Source of the DNA: Candidatus Hydrogenedens sp. | GTDB taxonomy: Bacteria; Hydrogenedentota; Hydrogenedentia; Hydrogenedentales; Hydrogenedentaceae | Length of the DNA: 24,300 nucleotides | Assembly (NCBI GenBank): GCA_049968235.1 | Contig: JBMFRC010000032.1 | Coordinates: forward strand, 1-24,300 | Direction: 5' to 3' | Shown here: one piece after another, positions 1 to 8,047 of the stretch | Numbering within the stretch: position 1 is the stretch's first letter | Layout of the letters: every line of letters begins with the position of its first letter | Notes under the pieces: model-generated | The model's database searches: none | What the model was told of the DNA's origin: nothing | Seen by the model: only the letters and a program-made list of their open reading frames with translations | Translations under genes and position numbers: made by a program

Positions 1-69
1 ATGGTCCACATGTCCTATCGTTCCAATGTTCACATGCGGCTTCTTCCGCTCAAATTTCTGCTTCGACAT
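1..69 (-). CDS. tuf: Elongation factor Tu, 5' end only (gene runs off the left edge of the window)
   Basis: Reverse complement of 1..69 translates to [23 protein letters not shown], the canonical EF-Tu N-terminus including the start of the G1 region. The ATG is at 69..67 with a GGAG Shine-Dalgarno about 8 nt upstream. It sits immediately downstream of fusA, as in the str operon. Confidence 0.85.
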   Translation of the reverse strand, partial: MSKQKFERKKPHVNIGTIGHVDH

Positions 70-163
70 CGCTGTATCTCCTATGTCTTGATTGTTTTAA
101 TTTAACTTCGTGTTAATTATTTTAACTTTTTATATTTCAAGCAGAGTTCCTTACACTCTGTAT

Positions 164-2263
164 TTATGGTTCAAAACGGTAACTACTTCCTATCCGTTCC
201 ATGATACGATTCCCTACTTCCACAGGGACATCTTCGTATCGTTCAAATTCCATAGCATAATTGGCTCTTCCTTGACTGCATGACCGGAGGTCATTGGCAT
301 AGCCAAAGAGTTCCGCCAGAGGCGCCAGGGCATGTATGATTTGTCTTTGCCCATCTACTTCCATGTTTAACATCCGTCCCCGACGATGGTCTAAATCATT
401 GATAATATCGCCGGTATATTCCGGAGGTGTATCTATCTCTAACCGCATAATAGGTTCGAGTAGAATAGGTCGGGCATTCATAACGGCTTCCTTCACTGCC
501 ATTGATGCGGCAATCTGGAATGCCAAATCCGACGAATCAACTTCATGATAAGAACCAAAGGTAAGTATAATTTTTACATCCACCATCGGATAACCCGCTA
601 CAATTCCTGTTTCGAGGGCTTCTTTACATCCTTTCTCTACAGCAGGAATATAGTTTTTCGGGATAACTCCACCTGTGGTCTTATCCTCAAAAATAAATCC
701 GGAACCTCGTGGTAATGGTTCAAGGGTCAATACGACATGTCCATATTGTCCACGACCACCTGTTTGTCGGACAAATTTTTTGTCCGCCGTAGCAGACTGG
801 CGGATTGTTTCGCGATATGCAACTACAGGCTTTCCTACATGAGCCTCGACACCAAACTCTCGTTTCATACGGTCAATAATAATTTCGAGGTGTAGTTCGC
901 CCATCCCTGCAATAATCGTTTGCCCTGTTTCTTCGTTAACCCGAACACGGAAAGTAGGGTCTTCATCTGCAAAACGATGCAAGGCATTCGACAAACGGTC
1001 CTGGTCTGCTTTTGTCTTTGGTTCAATTGAGATATGAACCACTGGCTCCGGAAAAGTCAGGGGCATAAGTGCAATAGGATGTTTAGGAGCACAGAGTGTA
1101 TCGCCCGTTAGAACACTTTTACAGCCAATCACAGCGCCGATGTCGCCGGTCCTTAATTCTTTAATTTCCGTTCGTTCATCCGCATGGAGTTCTACAATCC
1201 TACCCAGTCGTTCTTTCATTCCGGTTCGTGTATTCATAAGGGTTTGTCCCGTTTCAATCACACCGGAATATACCCGCACAAAGGTTAGTTTGCCTACATG
1301 CGGGTCGCTCAGGATTTTGAACGCCAATGCTGAAAATGGCTCATCATCCGAAGGATGGCGTAGCACTTTTTTGTTGGGGTCTTGGGGTAATGTTCCCTCA
1401 TACGGCGGTAAATCGATTGGAGATGGTAGATAATCTACTACCGCATCCAGAGTTAGCCGTATTCCCTTATTTTTAAGTGCACTACCACATAGTACCGGCG
1501 TACCTATTCGGTTGATACAAAGTCTGCGAATTGCTTTTTTGAGTAAATCTACCGGAATTTCTTTTCCCTCGAGATATAACTCGAGGATATCTTCGTCATG
1601 GTTGGCAACCACTTCGATAAGGTGCATCCTCCAGAAATGAGCATCATCATGATACTCTTCCGGAATTTCTTCCGATACCTGAACACAATCTACAGTTTCT
1701 CCAACCCAGGTAACCATTCTTTGATTGAGCAAATCAATAACTGCTCGGAAATTTTCTTCACTACCGACAGGAATTTGGACAGGAAGTGTTAATGCGTGGA
1801 GGCGATGCTCGATGGATTCTATGGCTTGAAAAAAATTGGCGCCAACCCGGTCCATCTTGTTAATAAAAGCAATTCGCGGAACTTTATATTTTTCCGCCTG
1901 TCTCCACACGGTTTCGGACTGCGGTTGAACGCCTGCAACACCACAAAAAACGATGATGGCTCCATCGAGAACCCTCATACAGCGTTCTACTTCTGCGGTG
2001 AAATCAATGTGACCCGGTGTATCAATGATATTTATCCGATGTCCTTTCCATTCACACGCCGTCGCTGCAGAGGTTATGGTGATACCGCGCTCCCGTTCCT
2101 GCTCCATGTAGTCCATGGTAGCGGCACCGTCATGGACCTCGCCCACGCGGTGCACCCGGCCGGAGTAGTACAAGACGCGTTCAGTAACGGTGGTCTTGCC
2201 GGCATCAATGTGGGCCGCTATTCCTATATTACGGATATTTTCTAACGGGTATTTGCGTGGCAT
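164..2263 (-). CDS. fusA: Translation elongation factor G
   Basis: The track ORF 164..2329 shows EF-G hallmarks (AHIDAGKTT, DTPGHIDF, NKMD and the full domain II-V sequence). The start is trimmed to the ATG at 2263 (MPRKYPLENIRNIGI...), which has a GGAG Shine-Dalgarno 10 nt upstream. The 22 upstream codons in the track have no homology. Confidence 0.95.
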   Translation of the reverse strand: MPRKYPLENIRNIGIAAHIDAGKTTVTERVLYYSGRVHRVGEVHDGAATMDYMEQERERGITITSAATACEWKGHRINIIDTPGHIDFTAEVERCMRVLDGAIIVFCGVAGVQPQSETVWRQAEKYKVPRIAFINKMDRVGANFFQAIESIEHRLHALTLPVQIPVGSEENFRAVIDLLNQRMVTWVGETVDCVQVSEEIPEEYHDDAHFWRMHLIEVVANHDEDILELYLEGKEIPVDLLKKAIRRLCINRIGTPVLCGSALKNKGIRLTLDAVVDYLPSPIDLPPYEGTLPQDPNKKVLRHPSDDEPFSALAFKILSDPHVGKLTFVRVYSGVIETGQTLMNTRTGMKERLGRIVELHADERTEIKELRTGDIGAVIGCKSVLTGDTLCAPKHPIALMPLTFPEPVVHISIEPKTKADQDRLSNALHRFADEDPTFRVRVNEETGQTIIAGMGELHLEIIIDRMKREFGVEAHVGKPVVAYRETIRQSATADKKFVRQTGGRGQYGHVVLTLEPLPRGSGFIFEDKTTGGVIPKNYIPAVEKGCKEALETGIVAGYPMVDVKIILTFGSYHEVDSSDLAFQIAASMAVKEAVMNARPILLEPIMRLEIDTPPEYTGDIINDLDHRRGRMLNMEVDGQRQIIHALAPLAELFGYANDLRSCSQGRANYAMEFERYEDVPVEVGNRIMERIGSSYRFEP

Positions 2264-2470
2264 AGTATTTCTGCTCCTCAGCATCCTTTGCTCCGCTATA
2301 CCCGGGGCCCTGGCACATGCTGTATTCAATTGTCAAGTATGATTTCCTGTCTATTTATAGCAGGACAATCGGTTATTTATTCCTACAGCTGTGCAACGCC
2401 CCGATAATACGGAGCGTATTGCTCAGCCTGTTGTTCTTATTCTCCTATGTTCTTCTTTAGAACTCATATA

Positions 2471-2944
2471 TTAATATCGGAAATGGATAAACGCCTTGTT
2501 AGCTTCTGCCATTCGGTGTGTATCCTCGCGTTTCTTTATTGTATTTCCCTGTTTGTTATAACAATCCATCAACTCCGCCGCTAACCGTTCTTCCATGGTC
2601 TTCTCACCACGGTTTCTTGCATAACTCCGAATCCAGCGAAAAGCAATTGATGTTCGTGTATTCGGTTCTATTTCCACTGGAACTTGATAGGTAGCACCAC
2701 CAATACGGCGTGATTTTACATGCACCAACGGTTTTGCGTTTTCGACTGCCGCCGTAAAAACTTCCAGGGGGTCTTTGTCCGGAACTTTCTTTTTTAATAT
2801 CTCTAATGCGTTATATACAATCTTTTCTGCCACACTCTTTTTGCCGTTTGTCATAACAATATTTATAAACTTTGCTACCAGAACACTATTATACTTTGGG
2901 TCGGGCAAAACTTCTCTTTTTTGCACTTCTCTTCTTCTTGGCAT
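2471..2944 (-). CDS. rpsG: 30S ribosomal protein S7 (uS7)
   Basis: [20 protein letters not shown]... at 157 aa is a typical uS7 sequence and length, sitting between rpsL and fusA. Confidence 0.95.
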   Translation of the reverse strand: MPRRREVQKREVLPDPKYNSVLVAKFINIVMTNGKKSVAEKIVYNALEILKKKVPDKDPLEVFTAAVENAKPLVHVKSRRIGGATYQVPVEIEPNTRTSIAFRWIRSYARNRGEKTMEERLAAELMDCYNKQGNTIKKREDTHRMAEANKAFIHFRY

Positions 2945-2960
2945 CGCTTATCCTTCGTAA

Positions 2961-3386
2961 CTATGATTGTTTCGGTTTCTTTACACCATATTTGGAACGG
3001 CTTACCCAACGACCGGCATGCACTTTCTTCCCGCCTTCATCTTTAACACTGGCGGTTCCACCCATATCACCCATAGCATCTAAAACACCACGGATTAGAT
3101 GGTAACGGACACCCGGAAGGTCTTTTACACGACCACCACGAACCAATACTTGTGAGTGTTCCTGTAAATTATGACCTACACCCGGTATATAAACCGTTAC
3201 TTCATATCCGTTCTTTAGACGAACACGAGCCACTTTACGCAAAGCGGAATTGGGTTTCTTCGGCGTCATGGTATATACACGAGTGCATGTTCCCGAGGCT
3301 TGCGGACATGCTTTCAATGCCGGAGCTTTTGTCCGATTGGGTCTCGGTTTACGAGCACCTTTTAATAATTGACCTATCGTTGGCAA
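2961..3386 (-). CDS. rpsL: 30S ribosomal protein S12 (uS12), with a C-terminal insertion of about 17 aa
   Basis: [15 protein letters not shown]...[12 protein letters not shown]...GHNLQEHS...[14 protein letters not shown] is unmistakably S12. It is 141 aa versus about 124 aa in the E. coli and Bacillus forms. The extra residues ([21 protein letters not shown]) lie between the LDxxG motif and the SRSKYG tail. Confidence 0.95.
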   Translation of the reverse strand: MPTIGQLLKGARKPRPNRTKAPALKACPQASGTCTRVYTMTPKKPNSALRKVARVRLKNGYEVTVYIPGVGHNLQEHSQVLVRGGRVKDLPGVRYHLIRGVLDAMGDMGGTASVKDEGGKKVHAGRWVSRSKYGVKKPKQS

Positions 3387-3501
3387 TGATAATCCTCCTG
3401 TTCATTAAAACAGAATTATTCATTTTTTTCTTTATGGATAATTGATTTTTTGCTGTGGGCAAAATAGTATATCAAAAATAAAAATACGATTTCAACTTCG
3501 T

Positions 3502-3600
3502 ATTACTTATCCGTCTTTTTACTCACTTTCTTGGGTCGTGTCTTTCCATAAGAGCCACGCCAGATTTTACCGCGTTTTGTTCTACGGTCTCCTTTACCCA
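3502..3600 (-). CDS. 30S ribosomal protein bTHX (Thx / PSRP4 family), 32 aa, not in the ORF track
   Basis: Reverse complement of 3502..3600 reads ATG GGT AAA GGA GAC CGT AGA ACA AAA CGC GGT AAA ATC TGG CGT GGC..., giving [32 protein letters not shown]. This matches the Thermus Thx signature [25 protein letters not shown] nearly residue for residue. An AGGA sits about 14 nt upstream. It lies directly upstream of rpsL on the same strand. Confidence 0.8.
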
Positions 3601-3663
3601 TAAATATATATTTAATCCTTTGTTAAATTAGATAAAAAATTTTCGTTAGGGATAAAATGAAAA

Positions 3664-3692
3664 AGAGATAATATTATATACAATATTCAACT
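3664..3692 (-). promoter_or_regulatory. Sigma-70-like promoter for the bTHX-rpsL-rpsG-fusA-tuf operon
   Basis: The minus strand reads TTGACA (complement of 3687..3692), a 17-nt spacer, then TATATA (complement of 3664..3669), about 65 nt upstream of the bTHX ATG. Confidence 0.45.
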
Positions 3693-3710
3693 CAAATGTC
3701 AAATGTTATC

Positions 3711-5393
3711 TTAGAAATTCAAATTCTTTTTTAATTCCTGAATTTTGCGAATCTGCTCTTTTACTTCTTTGATGAGTTTTTCATATTCTACAAACGGATT
3801 CATAATATCCGGCAGGCAATCGATAAACTGTTTCATCATTTTTTTTCGCACACCTCTTGCACTAATATATACAACCTTATCATATATCCAGAAACTAACC
3901 CATATACTAATTAAAAATACAATACAAGAATGAATAATAAAATTTGCTCCTTGATAATAACCCAGGAAATAGCCCGGAATAATTTGCCAGAAAAAATATA
4001 CCAATACCGTATACATAGGTACATAAAACAATTCCACTAAAAAATAGTTTGACAGACACCTTGCCTTCTTTACGAGATAAGAATCCACTCGCTCTTTCAA
4101 GAAATCAACTCCACTCTTGAAAAAATTTGATACAAAATTTTCAGATATAGATGGAACAGCATCTTTGCGAATCTGGGCTTTATCGAGAGCAAAGGCAAGG
4201 TCATATTGAACATTTTCTAATTCACGATTACATTTGTTTGATATTTGCATTGCTATTTCATGAACAATCTCATTAATTTTCCTTTCAAAATAAGTCATCT
4301 CTTCTTTATGGGGTTGAACCATCTCTCTTACAATGTTCCATGGACGGATTACTTTAGAAAGGGTTCTCAAAACACCGGATAAACGATTCCGTATCTGTGC
4401 AAGTAATAAAAAAATACCATGTAATTCAAATGCAATTTCATCCTTCAACAGATGGTAGAAGGTCCCTGCCTCCTTTCCAAACTCTGTCCGAATGATTCGT
4501 GCCTGTTGTTTTACTAATTCTACTTTTTTCCTATCTATAAATTCTTTCATTTCATTGACTGCAGGCTCCGTTTCCTGCAAAAAATCATCTATTCTCGCTA
4601 TCATCTTTCCTATCAACCCATGAACATTTGCCGTTTTTATCTGACGGATTTTTGTATCGGTAAGTTGTTGGGCAAGGAAATTTTCTAACTTTGTAAAATC
4701 AAATTCATTTGTTTCCGTATCCTCCGATTTTGTTCCTAATTTCCTATTCAATGCACGAAGTGCATTTATACAAAAATAAGCAAGCGGTTCTATCCCATCC
4801 AATCTTAATCTCTTTAACCAGTCATCCATGATAGATGGAATTTCTGATGTCATCTTTGTTTCCACCAGAACAAAACCCCGTTCTTTACTCACTTCACGAA
4901 TGATACTCCATGTTGCTTCTTCAAGGTATTTATCTCCATTGCCACAAAGCAGGATAAGGTCACATTTTTCTATCATCTTCTTTGTAAAATTGCGATGCTC
5001 CTTAATAACAGTATCGGTATCAGGGGTATCAATAAGAACAATATTATCGAGAGCGGAGCGGGCATATAATTCGCATTCTCCCTTCAATTCCGAATACGGT
5101 TCCCAATCCGGAGGATAATAGATAATAGGTCTATTTGTGCAGGGTCTCATTTCTGATGTCCTTGCAATTTTATCGCCAGCAATAGCATTAATCAGTGTTG
5201 ATTTACCTACCCCTGAACCGCCTACAATTGCAACGATTAATAGAGCATCAATTTTACTACTTCTTTCTTTTATTTCTTTAATACCCCCTTTTAACTTCTC
5301 CGCTATCGGTAAGAAACCTTCCCAATTCCCTTTATAATCCGCTATCTCTTCCAATTGATGGATAATTTTTTCTAAGTTTGCTTTAGGGAACAT
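3711..5393 (-). CDS. Bacterial dynamin-like GTPase B (Dynamin_N-type G domain plus helical stalk plus C-terminal two-helix membrane hairpin)
   Basis: G1 is GGSGVGKST and G3 is DTPD. The G4-equivalent is TKMT (aligned to NKVD in the upstream paralogue). A long helical region follows, then two hydrophobic helices (LVELFYVPMYTVLVYFFWQII... and FIIHSCIVFLISIWVSFWIY) near the C-terminus. The GAGGAG Shine-Dalgarno overlaps the stop of the upstream GTPase, with a 12-nt gap. Confidence 0.8.
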   Translation of the reverse strand: MFPKANLEKIIHQLEEIADYKGNWEGFLPIAEKLKGGIKEIKERSSKIDALLIVAIVGGSGVGKSTLINAIAGDKIARTSEMRPCTNRPIIYYPPDWEPYSELKGECELYARSALDNIVLIDTPDTDTVIKEHRNFTKKMIEKCDLILLCGNGDKYLEEATWSIIREVSKERGFVLVETKMTSEIPSIMDDWLKRLRLDGIEPLAYFCINALRALNRKLGTKSEDTETNEFDFTKLENFLAQQLTDTKIRQIKTANVHGLIGKMIARIDDFLQETEPAVNEMKEFIDRKKVELVKQQARIIRTEFGKEAGTFYHLLKDEIAFELHGIFLLLAQIRNRLSGVLRTLSKVIRPWNIVREMVQPHKEEMTYFERKINEIVHEIAMQISNKCNRELENVQYDLAFALDKAQIRKDAVPSISENFVSNFFKSGVDFLKERVDSYLVKKARCLSNYFLVELFYVPMYTVLVYFFWQIIPGYFLGYYQGANFIIHSCIVFLISIWVSFWIYDKVVYISARGVRKKMMKQFIDCLPDIMNPFVEYEKLIKEVKEQIRKIQELKKNLNF

Positions 5394-5405
5394 CGTTCTC
5401 TCCTC

Positions 5406-7229
5406 TTATGATTTTTGCTCTTCTATAATCTCATTGTTCTGTAGGCTATCTATTTGCAATTGCTCTATATTTCCCTCTTGCGAAATAAATCCCCCATTAA
5501 AAATATTCCGAACTTCTTTATCAAATTCCTCTGCAAAACTTATATATTTATATATATCCTGTAAAACATACTGTAGAACTTCTTCCTTTAATATCTGCTG
5601 AAGTTCTCCCTGTTTCTCTATTATCCATTTTTCATAAAGTGAATTTATGCTCTTCTGGAATCTTTTATATTCAACAGTTTCAATAAATGCCGAACCTCCA
5701 AGCATTCCTCCTCCAGCTATTATTTCCGCCCAGGGTCCAACATATGGCATTCCCCAAAACATGGAAATCATACCCGCACCCAAAAGCAGAAAAGACATAA
5801 TTCGCTTGCCATAAAAGCCATTCAAATTCGGAGAATCTAAAAAATCGGCGACAATCTTTTCAATTTCTTTTTGTATCCATTCAGGTTTTACAGAGAGCGC
5901 GTTTTCCATTCGTGTAATGATTTTCATTTTTACTACATCTCGATTGTTATGTAATTCATGCAATCGTTTATTTATATTTTCATCTATGTAATCAATATCG
6001 GAACTAAATTCTAATTTCAGCAACCAATCCAAGAGTTCATTAAAACATTTTTCTATCATTTCATTATGTTTTTGTTTTATCTCTACTTCTGCCCCTTCTG
6101 TGCTTATTTCCAACTTCTTGATTTCACTTCGATATCCGGAAAAAATAGAGGTGGGGAATAAAATCAAGTATGTAAAATAACCAATATGTTTCCTTAACTC
6201 GTATTTAATTTCTTCTACTAACCGAATCCAGCGGAATGGGATAAACTCCCTACTGATAATGGTATTTTCCAGATAATCTTCACAGAATCTTACCTTTGAT
6301 AGGGAAATATCTAAAAGTTTTAAAAATTTATTCTTATACCATTGTCCAAATTTTTCTTGAAAACTACTTATGGTTTTTTCTAAGATTTTTACTTTTGTTT
6401 CCTGCACAGGGAAAGAATAAATATACTCCCTTAATTCGGGAGCAACTTCTGTCAGCGGTTTAATAGGAGCATTTAAATAATTTTCATTGTAAGGATATTT
6501 AGGAAAGTAAAAACGGGGCAGATTATCATCCATTCCTACTTTTTTCATAAATTCTCTTATCTGTTTGTCTGCAATTTGAAGTGCTTTGGGATTATCAATA
6601 TCAACCTTGTTCATCACAGGAATCACGATCTTCCCTTCTTCATAAGCATGTCGGAAAAATTTGATTACCGCATCATCCATATACTTAGAATCATTTGTAA
6701 CCGCAATAATAATATCCCCAGCGGATACAATTTTATCTGCTATCTCCCAATGTTCCTTCGCAATAGAATCAATATCCGGAGTATCTAAATACAAATAAGT
6801 ATTGGGGATAGATTTTTCTTCCTTAACTAAAAGAATATGATTCGGGAGGGAATCGCTAATTGCCTCTTCTTTACTTTTCATCTCTCTCGCTTCAAATTCA
6901 AGAAACATATTGTTATCCAAACATTGTTTCGCCTTCTGTTCAGAGGCAATAATAACAGGTCTTTTGGTCGCCGCAGCATAAGGGTCTGTTGCAGTTAATT
7001 CTTGCTTCATTAAAACATTTAATATAGTGGACTTCCCTGTATTGGTTCCTCCGGCTACAGCAACAATAAGGCATCCTTCCCTTTCTAAATGAGGAACAAG
7101 TTTCCCCAAAAATAATTTCTCCCACGCAGACAAATCTTCCCCGTTTAATACATTTAAATCCAATTCCATTATCTTATTCTTAAACCGCTTCCATACATCA
7201 GCAAACAGGTCTATCCAATTACTTTCCAT
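5406..7229 (-). CDS. Bacterial dynamin-like GTPase A (Dynamin_N-type G domain plus helical stalk plus membrane hairpin)
   Basis: G1 is GGTNTGKST, G3 is DTPD and G4 is NKVD, with dynamin-like spacing. At 607 aa it has a helical middle region and a hydrophobic paddle (IMSFLLLGAGMISMFWGMPYVGPWAEIIAGGGMLGG). An AGAGGGAG Shine-Dalgarno lies 5 nt upstream of the ATG at 7229. Confidence 0.8.
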   Translation of the reverse strand: MESNWIDLFADVWKRFKNKIMELDLNVLNGEDLSAWEKLFLGKLVPHLEREGCLIVAVAGGTNTGKSTILNVLMKQELTATDPYAAATKRPVIIASEQKAKQCLDNNMFLEFEAREMKSKEEAISDSLPNHILLVKEEKSIPNTYLYLDTPDIDSIAKEHWEIADKIVSAGDIIIAVTNDSKYMDDAVIKFFRHAYEEGKIVIPVMNKVDIDNPKALQIADKQIREFMKKVGMDDNLPRFYFPKYPYNENYLNAPIKPLTEVAPELREYIYSFPVQETKVKILEKTISSFQEKFGQWYKNKFLKLLDISLSKVRFCEDYLENTIISREFIPFRWIRLVEEIKYELRKHIGYFTYLILFPTSIFSGYRSEIKKLEISTEGAEVEIKQKHNEMIEKCFNELLDWLLKLEFSSDIDYIDENINKRLHELHNNRDVVKMKIITRMENALSVKPEWIQKEIEKIVADFLDSPNLNGFYGKRIMSFLLLGAGMISMFWGMPYVGPWAEIIAGGGMLGGSAFIETVEYKRFQKSINSLYEKWIIEKQGELQQILKEEVLQYVLQDIYKYISFAEEFDKEVRNIFNGGFISQEGNIEQLQIDSLQNNEIIEEQKS

Positions 7230-7293
7230 TCATACTCCCTCTTTTTTATGTCATAAAAACAGGCTCATAATTTTTTATGTAATATTCTTAAAC

Positions 7294-7944
7294 TCACACG
7301 TTCAATTTAGGGCAGGAAGCCCTTAACATTTTAATTACGAATTCATTGATTTGTTTTTCATCTTCGGGGTCCATCCCCACAAATTTAAGGCTTACTTTAT
7401 TTTCCTTCCCTGTAAATAACACGTGCGTTACTGAACCTAATAAGTGAAACCATTGTTCTTTCCCTGTAACAAAATGCCTCAGTGAAAAGAATACCTCTAC
7501 ACTTTCTCCTACTTCCAGAGGTTCTTCAATGCTAATTAACATTCCTCCCGCGCTAATATTATGAACAATCGCTCTAATCTTTCGTGGGTGAGCATGAGGC
7601 TTTATCTCCGCAGGTAAGTTAATGGGCATCCTCCAGAACTGACGCAGAAATATACTTGATAAACTTTCTGGAATAGATATAACAATTCCTTCTTCTGCGG
7701 AGTCAGAAACCTCAATAATTTCTGTCTGCAAAACAAGGCAACCCCGATTGCTACACAATTCAAGTGCTACCTGCATCCCTGAGAAAAGTTCATTGGAAAA
7801 TTTCGTCTGTGATATACGGATATAGCCCCGAGTAACGGAAATAATCGTTACAGGACATAACTTCCCTTCAAAACTCAATACACCGATTGTTCCTGTTTTC
7901 AATGTTTCCTGAAGAATCTGTTCTATCTCTTTTTTTCTGTCCAT
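7294..7944 (-). CDS. PilZ-domain c-di-GMP receptor (YcgR-like architecture: PilZN-type N-domain plus PilZ)
   Basis: The C-terminal half carries both PilZ motifs, RQFWR (RxxxR) followed about 25 aa later by NISAGG ((D/N)xSxGG). The protein is 216 aa. A 64-nt gap separates it from the first dynamin-like gene on the same strand. Confidence 0.7.
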   Translation of the reverse strand: MDRKKEIEQILQETLKTGTIGVLSFEGKLCPVTIISVTRGYIRISQTKFSNELFSGMQVALELCSNRGCLVLQTEIIEVSDSAEEGIVISIPESLSSIFLRQFWRMPINLPAEIKPHAHPRKIRAIVHNISAGGMLISIEEPLEVGESVEVFFSLRHFVTGKEQWFHLLGSVTHVLFTGKENKVSLKFVGMDPEDEKQINEFVIKMLRASCPKLNV

Positions 7945-8047
7945 CCTTTGTTAACCTTTTCAAACACAACTAATAATTACTTTTCTCAACAAAAAATCCA
8001 TTACAATAAGTTATACCGTAATACCTTGGATTTCATTTTAATCGAAA

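Noticed and set aside
336-2245. Plus-strand ORFs 336..548, 1140..1433, 1598..1792 and 1796..2245 from the track
   Set aside because: All lie antisense inside fusA, whose EF-G identity is unambiguous. They lack Shine-Dalgarno sites and their translations have no recognisable domains. They are shadow ORFs of a conserved gene.
2264-2329. Upstream extensions of track ORFs to GTG/TTG starts: fusA to 2329, the FabK-like gene to 14462, aat to 23179, ccsA to 20274
   Set aside because: The extensions add residues with no homology, overlap upstream genes or RNAs, and lack Shine-Dalgarno sites. Internal ATGs with good Shine-Dalgarno sites match the conserved N-termini (MPRKYP for EF-G, MRSVVW for Aat, MKTRIT-like for FabK).
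2775-3445. Plus-strand ORFs 2775..2960, 2872..3105 and 3152..3445
   Set aside because: These are antisense to rpsG and rpsL or span the rpsL-bTHX spacer. Their products are low-complexity hydrophobic sequences typical of shadow ORFs.
3711-7229. Assigning the dynamin-like pair specifically to the Eleos (LeoA/LeoBC) anti-phage system
   Set aside because: The architecture is compatible. However, housekeeping DLP pairs (DynA-like, IniA/IniC-like) share the same features, and I cannot run the profile comparison needed to distinguish them. It is kept as a hypothesis inside the main finding rather than a call.
7238-7265. AT-rich imperfect palindrome CATAAAAA...TTTTTATG between PilZ and the first GTPase, considered as an operator or terminator
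   Set aside because: The stem is only 8 bp and almost entirely A/T, with no flanking U-tract in the transcribed orientation. Such palindromes are expected by chance in 30% GC DNA. It is recorded only as weak.
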